A stretch of 64,000 nucleotides of DNA from Candidatus Aenigmatarchaeota archaeon (GTDB taxonomy: Archaea > Aenigmatarchaeota > Aenigmatarchaeia > GW2011-AR5): NCBI GenBank assembly GCA_016198685.1, contig JACQID010000004.1:160001-224000 (forward strand), in the 5' to 3' direction. Within the stretch, counting starts at the first letter, position 1. Each line of letters starts with the position of its first letter. The notes under the pieces were generated by a model that was not told the origin of the DNA, ran no database searches, and was given only the letters and a program-made list of their open reading frames with translations. This document shows positions 39,252 through 48,015 of this stretch, in pieces. Both the position numbers and the translations under genes were made by a program.

Positions 39252-41837
39252 ATGACAACTGACACATCAGAAAAAGCATTTCAGAGGGATATTGTTGCTC
39301 ACTTGGTTAGTACTGGCTACCATGAAAGAAACACCCATAATTTTGATAAAACCGTTTGCCTCGACCCGGAATTGGTATTGAAATTCATTCAAGATACACA
39401 GGAAAAGGAATGGACAAAGTTCCAGAAAATCTATGGTGACAAAGCTGGGCAAAAGTTCTTTTATCGGCTTGTAACAGAAATTGAGAAAAAAGGCACTATA
39501 AATGTCCTAAGAGATGGGTTCAAGGATGTCGGGTGCTATTTCAAGCTTTTCTATCCAAAACCTAACAATAAGAAAAACCCTGATTTATTTGAGAAGTTTG
39601 GCAAAAATATCTTCTCGGTTGTTGATGAATTGGAATACGAAAAGAAAGAAAAAGGAAATAGGCTGGATTTGGTCATTTTCATAAACGGGCTTCCTATAAT
39701 CACAATAGAGCTTAAAGATACGTTCTCTCAGGGCGTGGAAATAGCAATAAAGCAGTATAAGGAGAATAGAGACCCAAAGGAAAAAATATTCCAAAATTGT
39801 TTTGTCCACTTCGCTATGAGCGATGAAAAGATATTCATGGCGGCAAAGCTGGAAGGCTGGAAAACGAGATTCCTGCCTTTCAATAAGGGCATTGAAAATC
39901 CGACAGTCCAAAACGACTACAAGACTTCCTACTTGTATAACGATATTTTACAGATAAATAAGCTGTCGAAGCTCATAGCCAATTTCATCTATGTGGAGAA
40001 AGATGGCGATGAAGACAAACCAATTTTCCCAAGATACCACCAGCTTGACTGTGTTAATAAACTTCTGGAGGATGCAAAACCAAGCAAAAACTATCTCATT
40101 GAACACAGTGCGGGAAGCGGGAAAACAAAAACTATCGCATGGCTCGCTCATGGATTGATAAACAAATTTGACCAGCAGGATGACAGAATCTATGATATGG
40201 TTATTGTCATTTCGGACAGAAGGGTTATAGATAAACAGTTACAGAATCAAGTCCAATCTATTGAAAAGGTCAAAGGAATTGTAGACGTAATTGATGAGAA
40301 AAAGACTTCGCAAGACCTTAAAGAAGCCCTGAAGACTGGAAGCAATATTGTAGTAACAACGTTGCAGAAGTTCCCTTACATACTGGAAGAAGTCAAGGAT
40401 TTGCCGAAAAGAAAATACGGGGTTATCATTGATGAAGCCCATTCATCCCAGTCAGGGACTTTGGCAAGAAAAATGAAGCAGATTTTGAGCACGAACAGTC
40501 TTGAAGAAGCCGAATCTATGGAAAGGGATATTGATGACGAGGTTGAGGATGAGATTCTTGAGGAAGTCGAATCATTCAGAAATTTAAAGAACATAAGTTT
40601 CTTCGTTTTTACGGCAACCCCAAAGAATAAAACTCTCGAAATGTTTGGAGTAAAAGATAATAGAGGAAAATATCACCCATTCCACACGTACTCAATGAAA
40701 CAGGCTATAGAAGAAGGGTTTATTCTCAATGTCCTTGATAATTATCTCACTTATGAGACATATTTTAAGCTTGTCAAGAAAATTGTAGACGACCCAGAAT
40801 ATGATGAAAAGAAAGCAAAAAGACTTCTAAGGAATTTTGTTGAAAAGCACCCCCATGCTATAATGAAAAAGACGGGGATTATGCTTGACCATTTCATGAA
40901 TTCTACAATCAATAAAATAGGGGGCAAAGCAAGGGCAATGGTAGTTACACGGTCAAGATTGCACGCCGTTCTTTACAAAAGGGCTTTTGACAAGGCAATA
41001 AAAGAGAACAATTTACCAATAAAAGCTTTGGTTGCTTTCACTGGCGTTGTAAAGCATGACGAGCAGGAATATACAGAAAGCTCGATGAATCAACTACCCC
41101 CAAAAAAGACTATTGAAAATGCCTTTGAGGAAGAACCCTATAGAATCCTGATAGTTGCAAATAAGTATCAGACTGGATTTGACCAGCCTCTTTTGCATAC
41201 TATGTATGTTGACAAGATGTTAAATGGAATTACGGCAGTTCAGACATTATGCAGAATCAACAGGATTCATCCTCATAAAAATGATACACTGATATTCGAT
41301 TTTGCGAATAAAACGGAAGTTATACAGAAGGCTTTCCAACCATACTATGGAGAAACTTACCTCAAGGAAGGTACAGACCATCATAAACTATACGAATTAC
41401 AAACAAAACTTCTCGATTATCAGGTTTTTGATGAGTCGGATGTCGATGCCTTTGTAAGGGCTTGGAAAAAAGAAGAATCACAGCCAAAATTGCACAATAT
41501 TTTAAGTCCTGTCGTTGAGGAATTTAAGAAAAAGGAGAAGAAAGGGCAAGTAGGATTCAAAAAAACTATGAAGAGGTATCAAAGTATATACGCATTCCTG
41601 TCTCAATTGATTCCGTTTTCTGATGTACGCCTTGAGAAGATATACATATTTAACAAATTCTTGACCAAAAAACTTCCTTCAATAAATAACCCTCTGCCTT
41701 ATACAGTTTTGGAAGATGTTGATATGGATTCCTATAAAATTGTCAGTAAAGGGAAGAAGGAATTCACGCTTCAGATTGAAGGTGAATTGACGCCCATATC
41801 CGCGGGAGCTGGGAATATGCTCCTAATGTCAACATGA
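39252..41837 (+). CDS. hsdR: Type I R-M restriction subunit (main part)
   Basis: RLDLVIFINGLPIITIELK, HSAGSGKT, IIDEAHSSQ, FTATP, QTGFDQP, QTLCRINR. Confidence 0.96.
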   Translation: MTTDTSEKAFQRDIVAHLVSTGYHERNTHNFDKTVCLDPELVLKFIQDTQEKEWTKFQKIYGDKAGQKFFYRLVTEIEKKGTINVLRDGFKDVGCYFKLFYPKPNNKKNPDLFEKFGKNIFSVVDELEYEKKEKGNRLDLVIFINGLPIITIELKDTFSQGVEIAIKQYKENRDPKEKIFQNCFVHFAMSDEKIFMAAKLEGWKTRFLPFNKGIENPTVQNDYKTSYLYNDILQINKLSKLIANFIYVEKDGDEDKPIFPRYHQLDCVNKLLEDAKPSKNYLIEHSAGSGKTKTIAWLAHGLINKFDQQDDRIYDMVIVISDRRVIDKQLQNQVQSIEKVKGIVDVIDEKKTSQDLKEALKTGSNIVVTTLQKFPYILEEVKDLPKRKYGVIIDEAHSSQSGTLARKMKQILSTNSLEEAESMERDIDDEVEDEILEEVESFRNLKNISFFVFTATPKNKTLEMFGVKDNRGKYHPFHTYSMKQAIEEGFILNVLDNYLTYETYFKLVKKIVDDPEYDEKKAKRLLRNFVEKHPHAIMKKTGIMLDHFMNSTINKIGGKARAMVVTRSRLHAVLYKRAFDKAIKENNLPIKALVAFTGVVKHDEQEYTESSMNQLPPKKTIENAFEEEPYRILIVANKYQTGFDQPLLHTMYVDKMLNGITAVQTLCRINRIHPHKNDTLIFDFANKTEVIQKAFQPYYGETYLKEGTDHHKLYELQTKLLDYQVFDESDVDAFVRAWKKEESQPKLHNILSPVVEEFKKKEKKGQVGFKKTMKRYQSIYAFLSQLIPFSDVRLEKIYIFNKFLTKKLPSINNPLPYTVLEDVDMDSYKIVSKGKKEFTLQIEGELTPISAGAGNMLLMST

Positions 41838-42175
41838 AGTTGTCCAAGATTCTCAAAGACCTGAATGACGCATTCGGGACAGACTTTACAGAAGATGATA
41901 GAGTATTTTTGGGTAGGGTAAAGGATAATATGCTACAAAATGAGGATTTGCTCAATAAAATGGAGCACAACTCTAAGGAAAATGTAAAGGCAGTTTTTGA
42001 CAAATATTTCAATCAGGAAATGACAAAGCTACTAAATAGTAATTTGAAACTTTACAAAAGAATAGTAGAAAATGACAAATTGAAGACGAAGCTTAAATCA
42101 GACTTATTTAGTTTGGTTTATTTTGAATTTAATAAAAGAAAAAAGAAAACTCTCAGAGAGGAAGAAGTAAAATAA
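41834..42175 (+). CDS. HsdR C-terminal domain in a shifted frame (split gene or frameshift)
   Basis: LSKILKDLNDAFGTDFTEDD matches HsdR C-terminal tails; ATGA overlap with hsdR. Confidence 0.75.
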   Translation: MKLSKILKDLNDAFGTDFTEDDRVFLGRVKDNMLQNEDLLNKMEHNSKENVKAVFDKYFNQEMTKLLNSNLKLYKRIVENDKLKTKLKSDLFSLVYFEFNKRKKKTLREEEVK

Positions 42176-42189
42176 TTTAGGTGTTTTTC

Positions 42190-42402
42190 ATGGGCGGAAG
42201 AAGTGTAGGCGGCCGGGCGGCGAACATTCGTTTACGCCAGAGAATCGCCCACCAGTCAATGAAGGAGCTTATGGAAGAGGCGGCGGTACGGGAAAAAACG
42301 CCGCCGTCACGGGACGTTAATAAGTGCGAGGCGTGCGGGTTTAAGGCGCGGTATAAATTTATACGATGTCCTGAATGTGGGGAAGTGAGGAAGAATGGCT
42401 AA
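42190..42402 (+). CDS. Small double-CxxC zinc-ribbon protein
   Basis: CEACGFKARYKFIRCPECG. Confidence 0.7.
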   Translation: MGGRSVGGRAANIRLRQRIAHQSMKELMEEAAVREKTPPSRDVNKCEACGFKARYKFIRCPECGEVRKNG

Positions 42403-42562
42403 AGATGATACGATATCAGGCGCTGGCATACTCCTTGGGGTTTTGGGACTCCTATTTTTAGCAGACGCATTAGATAAGAAAAGATGTTCTCATTGTGGGA
42501 ATTATAATACTAAACAAAATACAATATGTAATTATTGCGGATGGGGCTGGACGATTTTATAG
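42395..42562 (+). CDS. 55-aa TM plus double-CxxC microprotein (not in the ORF track)
   Basis: MAKDDTISGAGILLGVLGLLFLADALDKKRCSHCGNYNTKQNTICNYCGWGWTIL; GTGAGG SD. Confidence 0.7.
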   Translation: MAKDDTISGAGILLGVLGLLFLADALDKKRCSHCGNYNTKQNTICNYCGWGWTIL

Positions 42563-42813
42563 GCAAAAACGCTACCCCGACAGCACGGCTGGCTTCTACA
42601 TTCATAAGCATCGCTATCGTATTATTTATATTTTTCAACGCTATGCCTACGGAACTTAGAAACGGAGCGTTCTACTTTCTCCTGTTCCATTTAGCAAACC
42701 ATATATATGTCGGGTATTCAGACCTTAAAATTCACACATGTTATCGTTGTGGTGAAGAATTAAGGCCGAGAGTTAATTATAAAAAACACATCTGTAAAAA
42801 GCATGGAGCTTAA
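42541..42813 (+). CDS. Small 2-TM protein with a C-terminal CxxC..H.C motif
   Basis: CYRCGEEL...HIC. Confidence 0.6.
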   Translation: MGLDDFIGKNATPTARLASTFISIAIVLFIFFNAMPTELRNGAFYFLLFHLANHIYVGYSDLKIHTCYRCGEELRPRVNYKKHICKKHGA

Positions 42814-43028
42814 GCTGATATGTTTCTTGCGGCTGCTGGTATAAAGAAAACTAACCATGCGGCGATGCCTATCAGAAAAAGCGCTATGCCCCATGTAGTA
42901 AAAAAGTTAGACATTTCTGCGATAAAAGGCTTTGAAATTCCACCGGTGAATAAGAAAAATATACCACTAGCAATAAGTAGACCTCCTATACTCTTTGGTT
43001 GAAATATGACTTTTAGCCAATCAGACAT
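42810..43028 (-). CDS. 72-aa two-TM membrane protein
   Basis: Two hydrophobic helices; same strand as int and 24 bp downstream of it. Confidence 0.6.
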   Translation of the reverse strand: MSDWLKVIFQPKSIGGLLIASGIFFLFTGGISKPFIAEMSNFFTTWGIALFLIGIAAWLVFFIPAAARNISA

Positions 43029-43052
43029 TTGATTATTCGTCTATAAGTCTTT

Positions 43053-44249
43053 TTAAGTCTTAGCTTCACTGAACAGCCCCTCATACTTCTTCTTTTCGGC
43101 TATCTTGGTGAAACGCTTCTTGATGTGCGGGAACTCCTCGCCTAATGCGCTTAGCGTCTCAAAGAGATAGTCGTCCAGAAGGGCTTTTTTGTTCGGTTCG
43201 TCTAACGGCAGGTAGCATTTGCCGCACAGCTTTGAGGCCGGGTCATTCGGCTGCCCGCAGCGCTCGCATGGCTTTACAGAGATTACTGGTTTGCCATTGC
43301 TTCCGTTTAGGGTTATGCCGTGCTGCTTCAGTATGGCTTCGTCCATGCTTTTTCCGCTCAGGTGGGTGTAAGTGCTTATGGTATCGGATTTGCGCCAGCC
43401 GAAGAATTCCTTCATTTGCCTGTCTGTGAATGTGCTGGCCATGAACGTGGCTCTGGCATGGCGGAAGGCATGTGGATTTACGCTCTTGTGTATATCCGCT
43501 TTTTGGGAAGCTTCTTTCAGCATCTTACGAATTAAGCCGTATGTCAGGTATCTGTCACGGCCTCTCACTCTTTCATGAACCCACAGATATGCTTCAGGGT
43601 CGTTCTTGTATGGATGGCTGTCCAGCCAGTCTTTCAGCGCCGGCGTGGAAGCTACTATGCGTATTCTTCTGTCGCCTGTTTTCCCAGAGACTCGCAGGAC
43701 GGCTCCGTATTCGTCAAATGCTACGTTCTTCATTTTAAGGGGCAGAAACTCGCCTACCCTTGTGCCAGACTCGTAAAGGCAAAGAATGAAAGCCCTGTCC
43801 CTTATGGTTCTTGCGTTTATGGCTATCGCCTTTATCTCGTCTTCCGTCAAAACGTCGTCAGGCAGCAGCGTCTTGGAACTGTTCTTTATCTTAATCCATG
43901 ATACGTCTTCCGTATCCTTGCCCCTGAGAAATTTGTAGTATTTCCGTAAAAAGACTTTGAAATCCCGTTTTGTCCAGTCTGCCCATCTGGTGCTGGCTGA
44001 TATGTCCGCCACGAGTTGGATTATGTCACTCTTGTTAGCGTTTCGTAGTGGTTTCTTCAACATAGTGGAAAGTGTTTTCATACTGTAGAAATACTTGGTT
44101 ATCCTGCCTTGTGTTATGCCCTCTGCCATCAATTGGGTATAGAAGCGTTGTGCATCCTCTTTGTCTTCCTCGTAAAGCGGGGAATCGCTTCCGAGGTATT
44201 GTTTCGCCACTTTGGCCAAGGTCTTCTCGTAATTGTGTATGTTTCCCAT
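43053..44249 (-). CDS. int: Tyrosine integrase with a C-terminal zinc ribbon
   Basis: ESGTRVGE (R), GKTG (K), HAFRH (HxxR), FFGW, YTH (Y); CERC..CGKC. Confidence 0.96.
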   Translation of the reverse strand: MGNIHNYEKTLAKVAKQYLGSDSPLYEEDKEDAQRFYTQLMAEGITQGRITKYFYSMKTLSTMLKKPLRNANKSDIIQLVADISASTRWADWTKRDFKVFLRKYYKFLRGKDTEDVSWIKIKNSSKTLLPDDVLTEDEIKAIAINARTIRDRAFILCLYESGTRVGEFLPLKMKNVAFDEYGAVLRVSGKTGDRRIRIVASTPALKDWLDSHPYKNDPEAYLWVHERVRGRDRYLTYGLIRKMLKEASQKADIHKSVNPHAFRHARATFMASTFTDRQMKEFFGWRKSDTISTYTHLSGKSMDEAILKQHGITLNGSNGKPVISVKPCERCGQPNDPASKLCGKCYLPLDEPNKKALLDDYLFETLSALGEEFPHIKKRFTKIAEKKKYEGLFSEAKT

Positions 44250-44257
44250 CGTTTCAT

Positions 44258-44285
44258 CCTCTCCTCACTGCTCTTTAAGGAGAGG
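44258..44285 (-). promoter_or_regulatory. Hairpin between tRNA-Tyr and int that pairs with the int SD
   Basis: CCTCTCCT-N12-AGGAGAGG perfect 8-bp inverted repeat; the 3' arm is 8 nt upstream of the int ATG. Confidence 0.55.
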
Positions 44286-44304
44286 CATTAGGAATAGCCT
44301 TATC

Positions 44305-44316
44305 ATCCCCTGACTG
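44305..44316. repeat. att direct repeat ATCCCCTGACTG (tRNA-Tyr copy)
   Basis: Covers the last 11 nt of tRNA-Tyr plus 1 trailer nt. Confidence 0.8.
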
Positions 44317-44418
44317 AGATTTGAACTCAGAACCTCACCGTTTCTGGCAGAGTGCTGACATTCTTGCGCATTCAGCGCATGACTACAGCGGTGCGCTCTA
44401 CCGTTGAGCTATCAGGGG
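44306..44418 (-). tRNA. tRNA-Tyr(GUA) with a 41-nt intron at 37/38 (44342-44382)
   Basis: C1:G72 acceptor CCCCTGA/TCAGGGG, A73, CACCG-CTGTAG|A-CGGTG. Confidence 0.93.
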
Positions 44419-44534
44419 TGTCTTACAAATAAGATAGTGAAGGAATTAAAGGTTTTCATAAAGGCCCTACAGTCAGAAATACGGTCTCCTATATATTGGT
44501 AGGTCTTGCCTAATAATTAAACGGAAAAACTTAC

Positions 44535-45935
44535 TTAGTTGCGTTCAACCTTCTTCTTGGGAACGTGGCCGAGAAGCGCTTCTTCGCTGAGGGATCGCAT
44601 CAAGTTCTTGCCGAGTAAGTAGGCTGCAGATGCCTTAGGCAGCGCAAGCGAGCTATTCAGGCCGAATATAGGCACTATTTTGTAGCTGACTATGCGCTCA
44701 TCTCTGTTGTTCATGTCTTTGAGCTTCCATGTAAGGTCAGTGCCATAGGCATGCTTTCTCTTGATGAACTTGGGTCCGACCGAGTCCTTGACAACGAATA
44801 CCGGAGGCACAAAGTCCTTGATCGTTACAGAATCTATTTTCCTGCCAGTTGCGTTCTTTAATTCAACACCTACTGTGAATTCCGTGCCTTCGCTTATGAC
44901 CTTCTTCTGCATTATGTATTTTCTTACCCTAAGCACGCGCATCTTGTAAAGATAGTACCATGCGCCTGCAACTAGTGCCGCAAGAAGGAGAACTAGCGGT
45001 AAATAGTCTATTTTCTGTTCTATCACGGCACTTTTGCCGGGTTCAATGTCATTAAGATGCCATAAATATGAGCCTTTGTCAGAGGAAGAATATTTGGTGC
45101 CTGCAAGGAACCACGCTCCGGTTCCTGAAATGTTTCTTGCTATTGTGGCATTTCCTGCTATATTGCCGGCATTCTTTACTTCTATTTTTTCTCCGTGACC
45201 CGTGATCATCAAAACAGGCGAAACTTTTTCGATCATTACGGCTTTCTCATAAATTTCAAATTCCTGTTTTGCCGAAAGCTGCGAGTCCTTGGAGCTTAGA
45301 GCAACATCAATCCAATAGACGCCGGCAGGCATGTTCTCCGGAACCCTGAAGTTTATCTCCGCTATTTTGCTTTCGGCGGGTGCTATAACAGGTATTCTGG
45401 TGCCTTCAACTTTTATCATGCCGTTCATACTTGCAAATGTGACGTTCACATTGACGTTTTGAACTGTTGTACTTCTGTAGTTCTTGACGTATATCTTGGC
45501 ATTGATGTTGCCTGTAGGGAAGAAATCACCGCTTATCGAGGTTTTGTCTATGTCAACGACATCATCCCTGCTTACAAAAATGTAAATGTCCTTCGAATCT
45601 TCTCTCTGGGTATTCAGGCCTTTGGCCGTCAGGGTAAGCTTGTAATTTATTCCTGAAACCACCTCTCGCGGCGGGGTTATGTAAAGCGTAACATTGTCCT
45701 TTCGAGCTTCAACAGTTTCTATAGAATATGCGCTGAGTATGGTCCATGTCTTCTCGCCATTAAGGCTCAAGATTACGGTTTCTTTTCCGTCACCTGTTAT
45801 AAAAATCGGTATCGCTTCTGTCGAGCCTACTGAAACCCTATAAGATGTCTTCTCAATGTCAAGGGATAATGCAAATGCAGGAGCTGCGGAAAAAACTGCA
45901 GCAAGAAACGCTATCAATATCGCCCGGTTGAGCAT
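44535..45935 (-). CDS. Secreted, membrane-anchored multi-Ig (CARDB/NEW3-like) surface protein
   Basis: Signal peptide, beta-rich repeats (VPENMPAGVYWIDV), late TM, DUF11-like tail. Confidence 0.7.
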   Translation of the reverse strand: MLNRAILIAFLAAVFSAAPAFALSLDIEKTSYRVSVGSTEAIPIFITGDGKETVILSLNGEKTWTILSAYSIETVEARKDNVTLYITPPREVVSGINYKLTLTAKGLNTQREDSKDIYIFVSRDDVVDIDKTSISGDFFPTGNINAKIYVKNYRSTTVQNVNVNVTFASMNGMIKVEGTRIPVIAPAESKIAEINFRVPENMPAGVYWIDVALSSKDSQLSAKQEFEIYEKAVMIEKVSPVLMITGHGEKIEVKNAGNIAGNATIARNISGTGAWFLAGTKYSSSDKGSYLWHLNDIEPGKSAVIEQKIDYLPLVLLLAALVAGAWYYLYKMRVLRVRKYIMQKKVISEGTEFTVGVELKNATGRKIDSVTIKDFVPPVFVVKDSVGPKFIKRKHAYGTDLTWKLKDMNNRDERIVSYKIVPIFGLNSSLALPKASAAYLLGKNLMRSLSEEALLGHVPKKKVERN

Positions 45936-45971
45936 AACTTTATCTACTGATTAAATTATATAAGGTGATTT

Positions 45972-46529
45972 TTGCGCAAAGGGCGTTTAAATTTCCTGCC
46001 CCAAATACAATTCATGGAAGTATGGAGGCGGTTTGCGTGGGTTCCTGGAATATTGGCTTTAGTGGCGCTTTATGCATTGAATCTGCTCCCCATACTGTTT
46101 CTTGCGGCGCTTAGCTTGGCCACGAGCTTTGTGATAAACCGGATACAAATCCGCTCTTTAGGCGTGGAATTTGCCCTTTTTACATCGGTCATCGCAGGCA
46201 TAGCATATGGCCCCTGGGCAGGAGCGCTCACTGCGCTTGCGCTTATGTCCTTTCATATCGCCGTTGCAAATTACATAGGTCCCTATATAATATGGGTGAT
46301 ACCGGAATATGTTCTGGCAGGCTTTCTCGCAGGGTTTCTGCAATGGGATCCGGTCACACTGGGCGTTTCTTTGGCATTGATGGTCAATGCCATAGGATTA
46401 TTCTTCACTTTCATCTTCAACCGCAACTTTCTGGGCCATTATCTGCCTTATGCCATCACGAATGTGATTTTTAATTTTCTTGTATTTCGCGCAGCTGCAC
46501 ACGGAATTCTTTCTTGGTTCATGCCCTAA
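45972..46529 (+). CDS. ECF S-component-like membrane protein (start may be ATG 46014)
   Basis: GVEFALFTSVIAGIAYGPWAGAL, about 6 TMs. Confidence 0.55.
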   Translation: MRKGRLNFLPQIQFMEVWRRFAWVPGILALVALYALNLLPILFLAALSLATSFVINRIQIRSLGVEFALFTSVIAGIAYGPWAGALTALALMSFHIAVANYIGPYIIWVIPEYVLAGFLAGFLQWDPVTLGVSLALMVNAIGLFFTFIFNRNFLGHYLPYAITNVIFNFLVFRAAAHGILSWFMP

Positions 46530-46840
46530 AAGTTGAAATAGGAAATTAAGATAATTGCGATGACAATCAGAACAATTATAATTTCCATTGTTAGATATAA
46601 TCTGTATCCTCTTCCCATTGTCATATTGACAAGCGTTCTTCCTTTCAGCTTTGCGGGATTTTTCGGGTTTTTAGGCACATGGGCCAAAGAAACTTCCGGA
46701 AACAGCATTCCTCTATGCCCGCAATGATGGCATTCCTTGAAAATATGTCCGAATCCTGCCATTAAAGGATTTGAGAAATCGGCTGAGATGTCTTTGCTGT
46801 TGCACAGAGGGCAAATAATAACTTTGTTTCTTTTAGACAT
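46526..46840 (-). CDS. Small zinc-ribbon protein with a C-terminal TM
   Basis: CPLCNS...CHHCGH. Confidence 0.65.
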   Translation of the reverse strand: MSKRNKVIICPLCNSKDISADFSNPLMAGFGHIFKECHHCGHRGMLFPEVSLAHVPKNPKNPAKLKGRTLVNMTMGRGYRLYLTMEIIIVLIVIAIILISYFNF

Positions 46841-46902
46841 TAATATTTTTTCATCTATGAGAATAAAAGCTAAATATACCCTCAACAATTATATCTCGGA
46901 AC

Positions 46903-47346
46903 ATGACTAAAATATACATAGGCTCGGATCATAACGGTTTTCTTCTCAAGCAGGAAATCAAAAAATACCTGAAAGAAAAAGGTTTTGACTTCGAAGATCT
47001 TGGAAACGCGATCATGGACAAGAACGATGATTATCCTGAATATGCGTTTGCAGTTGCAAAGAAGGTTGGAGAGGGAGCGACAGGCATTCTTCTCTGCGGG
47101 TCGGGCCATGGAATGGCGATAGCCGCAAACAAGATTGCAGGAGTGCGCGCCGTTTGCGTCAGCAGTGCTGACGATGCAAAGAGCGCAAAATCAGACGACA
47201 ATGCTAATCTTATATGCCTGTCAGGCTGGGCATTGGGCCCTTCCAAGGCAAAAGAAATATTGAATGCATGGTTCTCGACTGAGTTTAGCGGCGCCGAGCG
47301 CCACAAGAGGCGGCTTGCCCAAATTGAAAGGATGGAAAGAAAATGA
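46903..47346 (+). CDS. rpiB: Ribose-5-phosphate isomerase B
   Basis: IGSDHNG, DDYP, CGSGHGMAIAANKIAGVRA, ERHKRR. Confidence 0.96.
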   Translation: MTKIYIGSDHNGFLLKQEIKKYLKEKGFDFEDLGNAIMDKNDDYPEYAFAVAKKVGEGATGILLCGSGHGMAIAANKIAGVRAVCVSSADDAKSAKSDDNANLICLSGWALGPSKAKEILNAWFSTEFSGAERHKRRLAQIERMERK

Positions 47347-47954
47347 AAATTATTCCCTCCATAATAGCCAAAGACCAGAAGGAACTTGATATCCGTCTGG
47401 GCAGAGTAATAAGATATTCCAATCTTTTTCATCTTGATGTCATGGACGGCGAGTTTGTCAGGAATACTTCACTGCAATTCAATCTTGCATTGCCCAACGC
47501 CTGCTATGAAGCTCATCTGATGGTCAAGAATCCTGTCAAGTGGCTCGATGATAACGCAAAGAAAATGGATAGGGTCATATTCCACGCCGAAAGTCCGTCA
47601 CTTTCCCGTCTCATAAGCGACGCCAAAAAGCTTGGCAAGAAGGTGAGTTTAGCCCTGAACCCAGAAACTGAGATAAGGGACATCGAGCCGTTTCTTGAGT
47701 TGGTAGACCGAGTTCTTGTCATGACCGTAAGTCCAGGCGCATACGGAGCTCCATTCCTGCCGGAAACCCTGAGGAAGATAAAGAGGCTCAAAGAGCTTTA
47801 TCCTGGCATCGAAATAGAAACTGACGGCGGGGTAACCCCTCAGACCATCAAAAGCATGAAGATGGCTGGGGCGGGGTTATTTGTCTGCGGGTCTTACATT
47901 CAGGATAATGATGCCGGGAAAGCGATAGCGGAAATGGAAGCATTAATTCGATAA
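47343..47954 (+). CDS. rpe: Ribulose-phosphate 3-epimerase
   Basis: PSII, HLDVMDGEFV, EAHLMV, MTVSPG, DGGV. Confidence 0.95.
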   Translation: MKIIPSIIAKDQKELDIRLGRVIRYSNLFHLDVMDGEFVRNTSLQFNLALPNACYEAHLMVKNPVKWLDDNAKKMDRVIFHAESPSLSRLISDAKKLGKKVSLALNPETEIRDIEPFLELVDRVLVMTVSPGAYGAPFLPETLRKIKRLKELYPGIEIETDGGVTPQTIKSMKMAGAGLFVCGSYIQDNDAGKAIAEMEALIR

Positions 47955-48015
47955 TTTCATTAGTTTCGATCGTTCTATATATAAAAGGCGCTGCCAATAT
48001 TTATCACGTGATTTA

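Larger units (their letters stand above)
29399..44316. mobile_element. Integrated element at tRNA-Tyr, about 14.9 kb; candidate satellite or defence island
   Basis: 12-bp direct repeats at both ends, integrase next to the tRNA, AT-richer cargo, R-M system, HTH and nuclease genes. Confidence 0.85.

Noticed and set aside
29411-44304. Complete provirus or conjugative element
   Set aside because: No recognisable TerL, portal, capsid, packaging ATPase, relaxase or VirB4 among the ORFs; distant homologues cannot be excluded without profile searches
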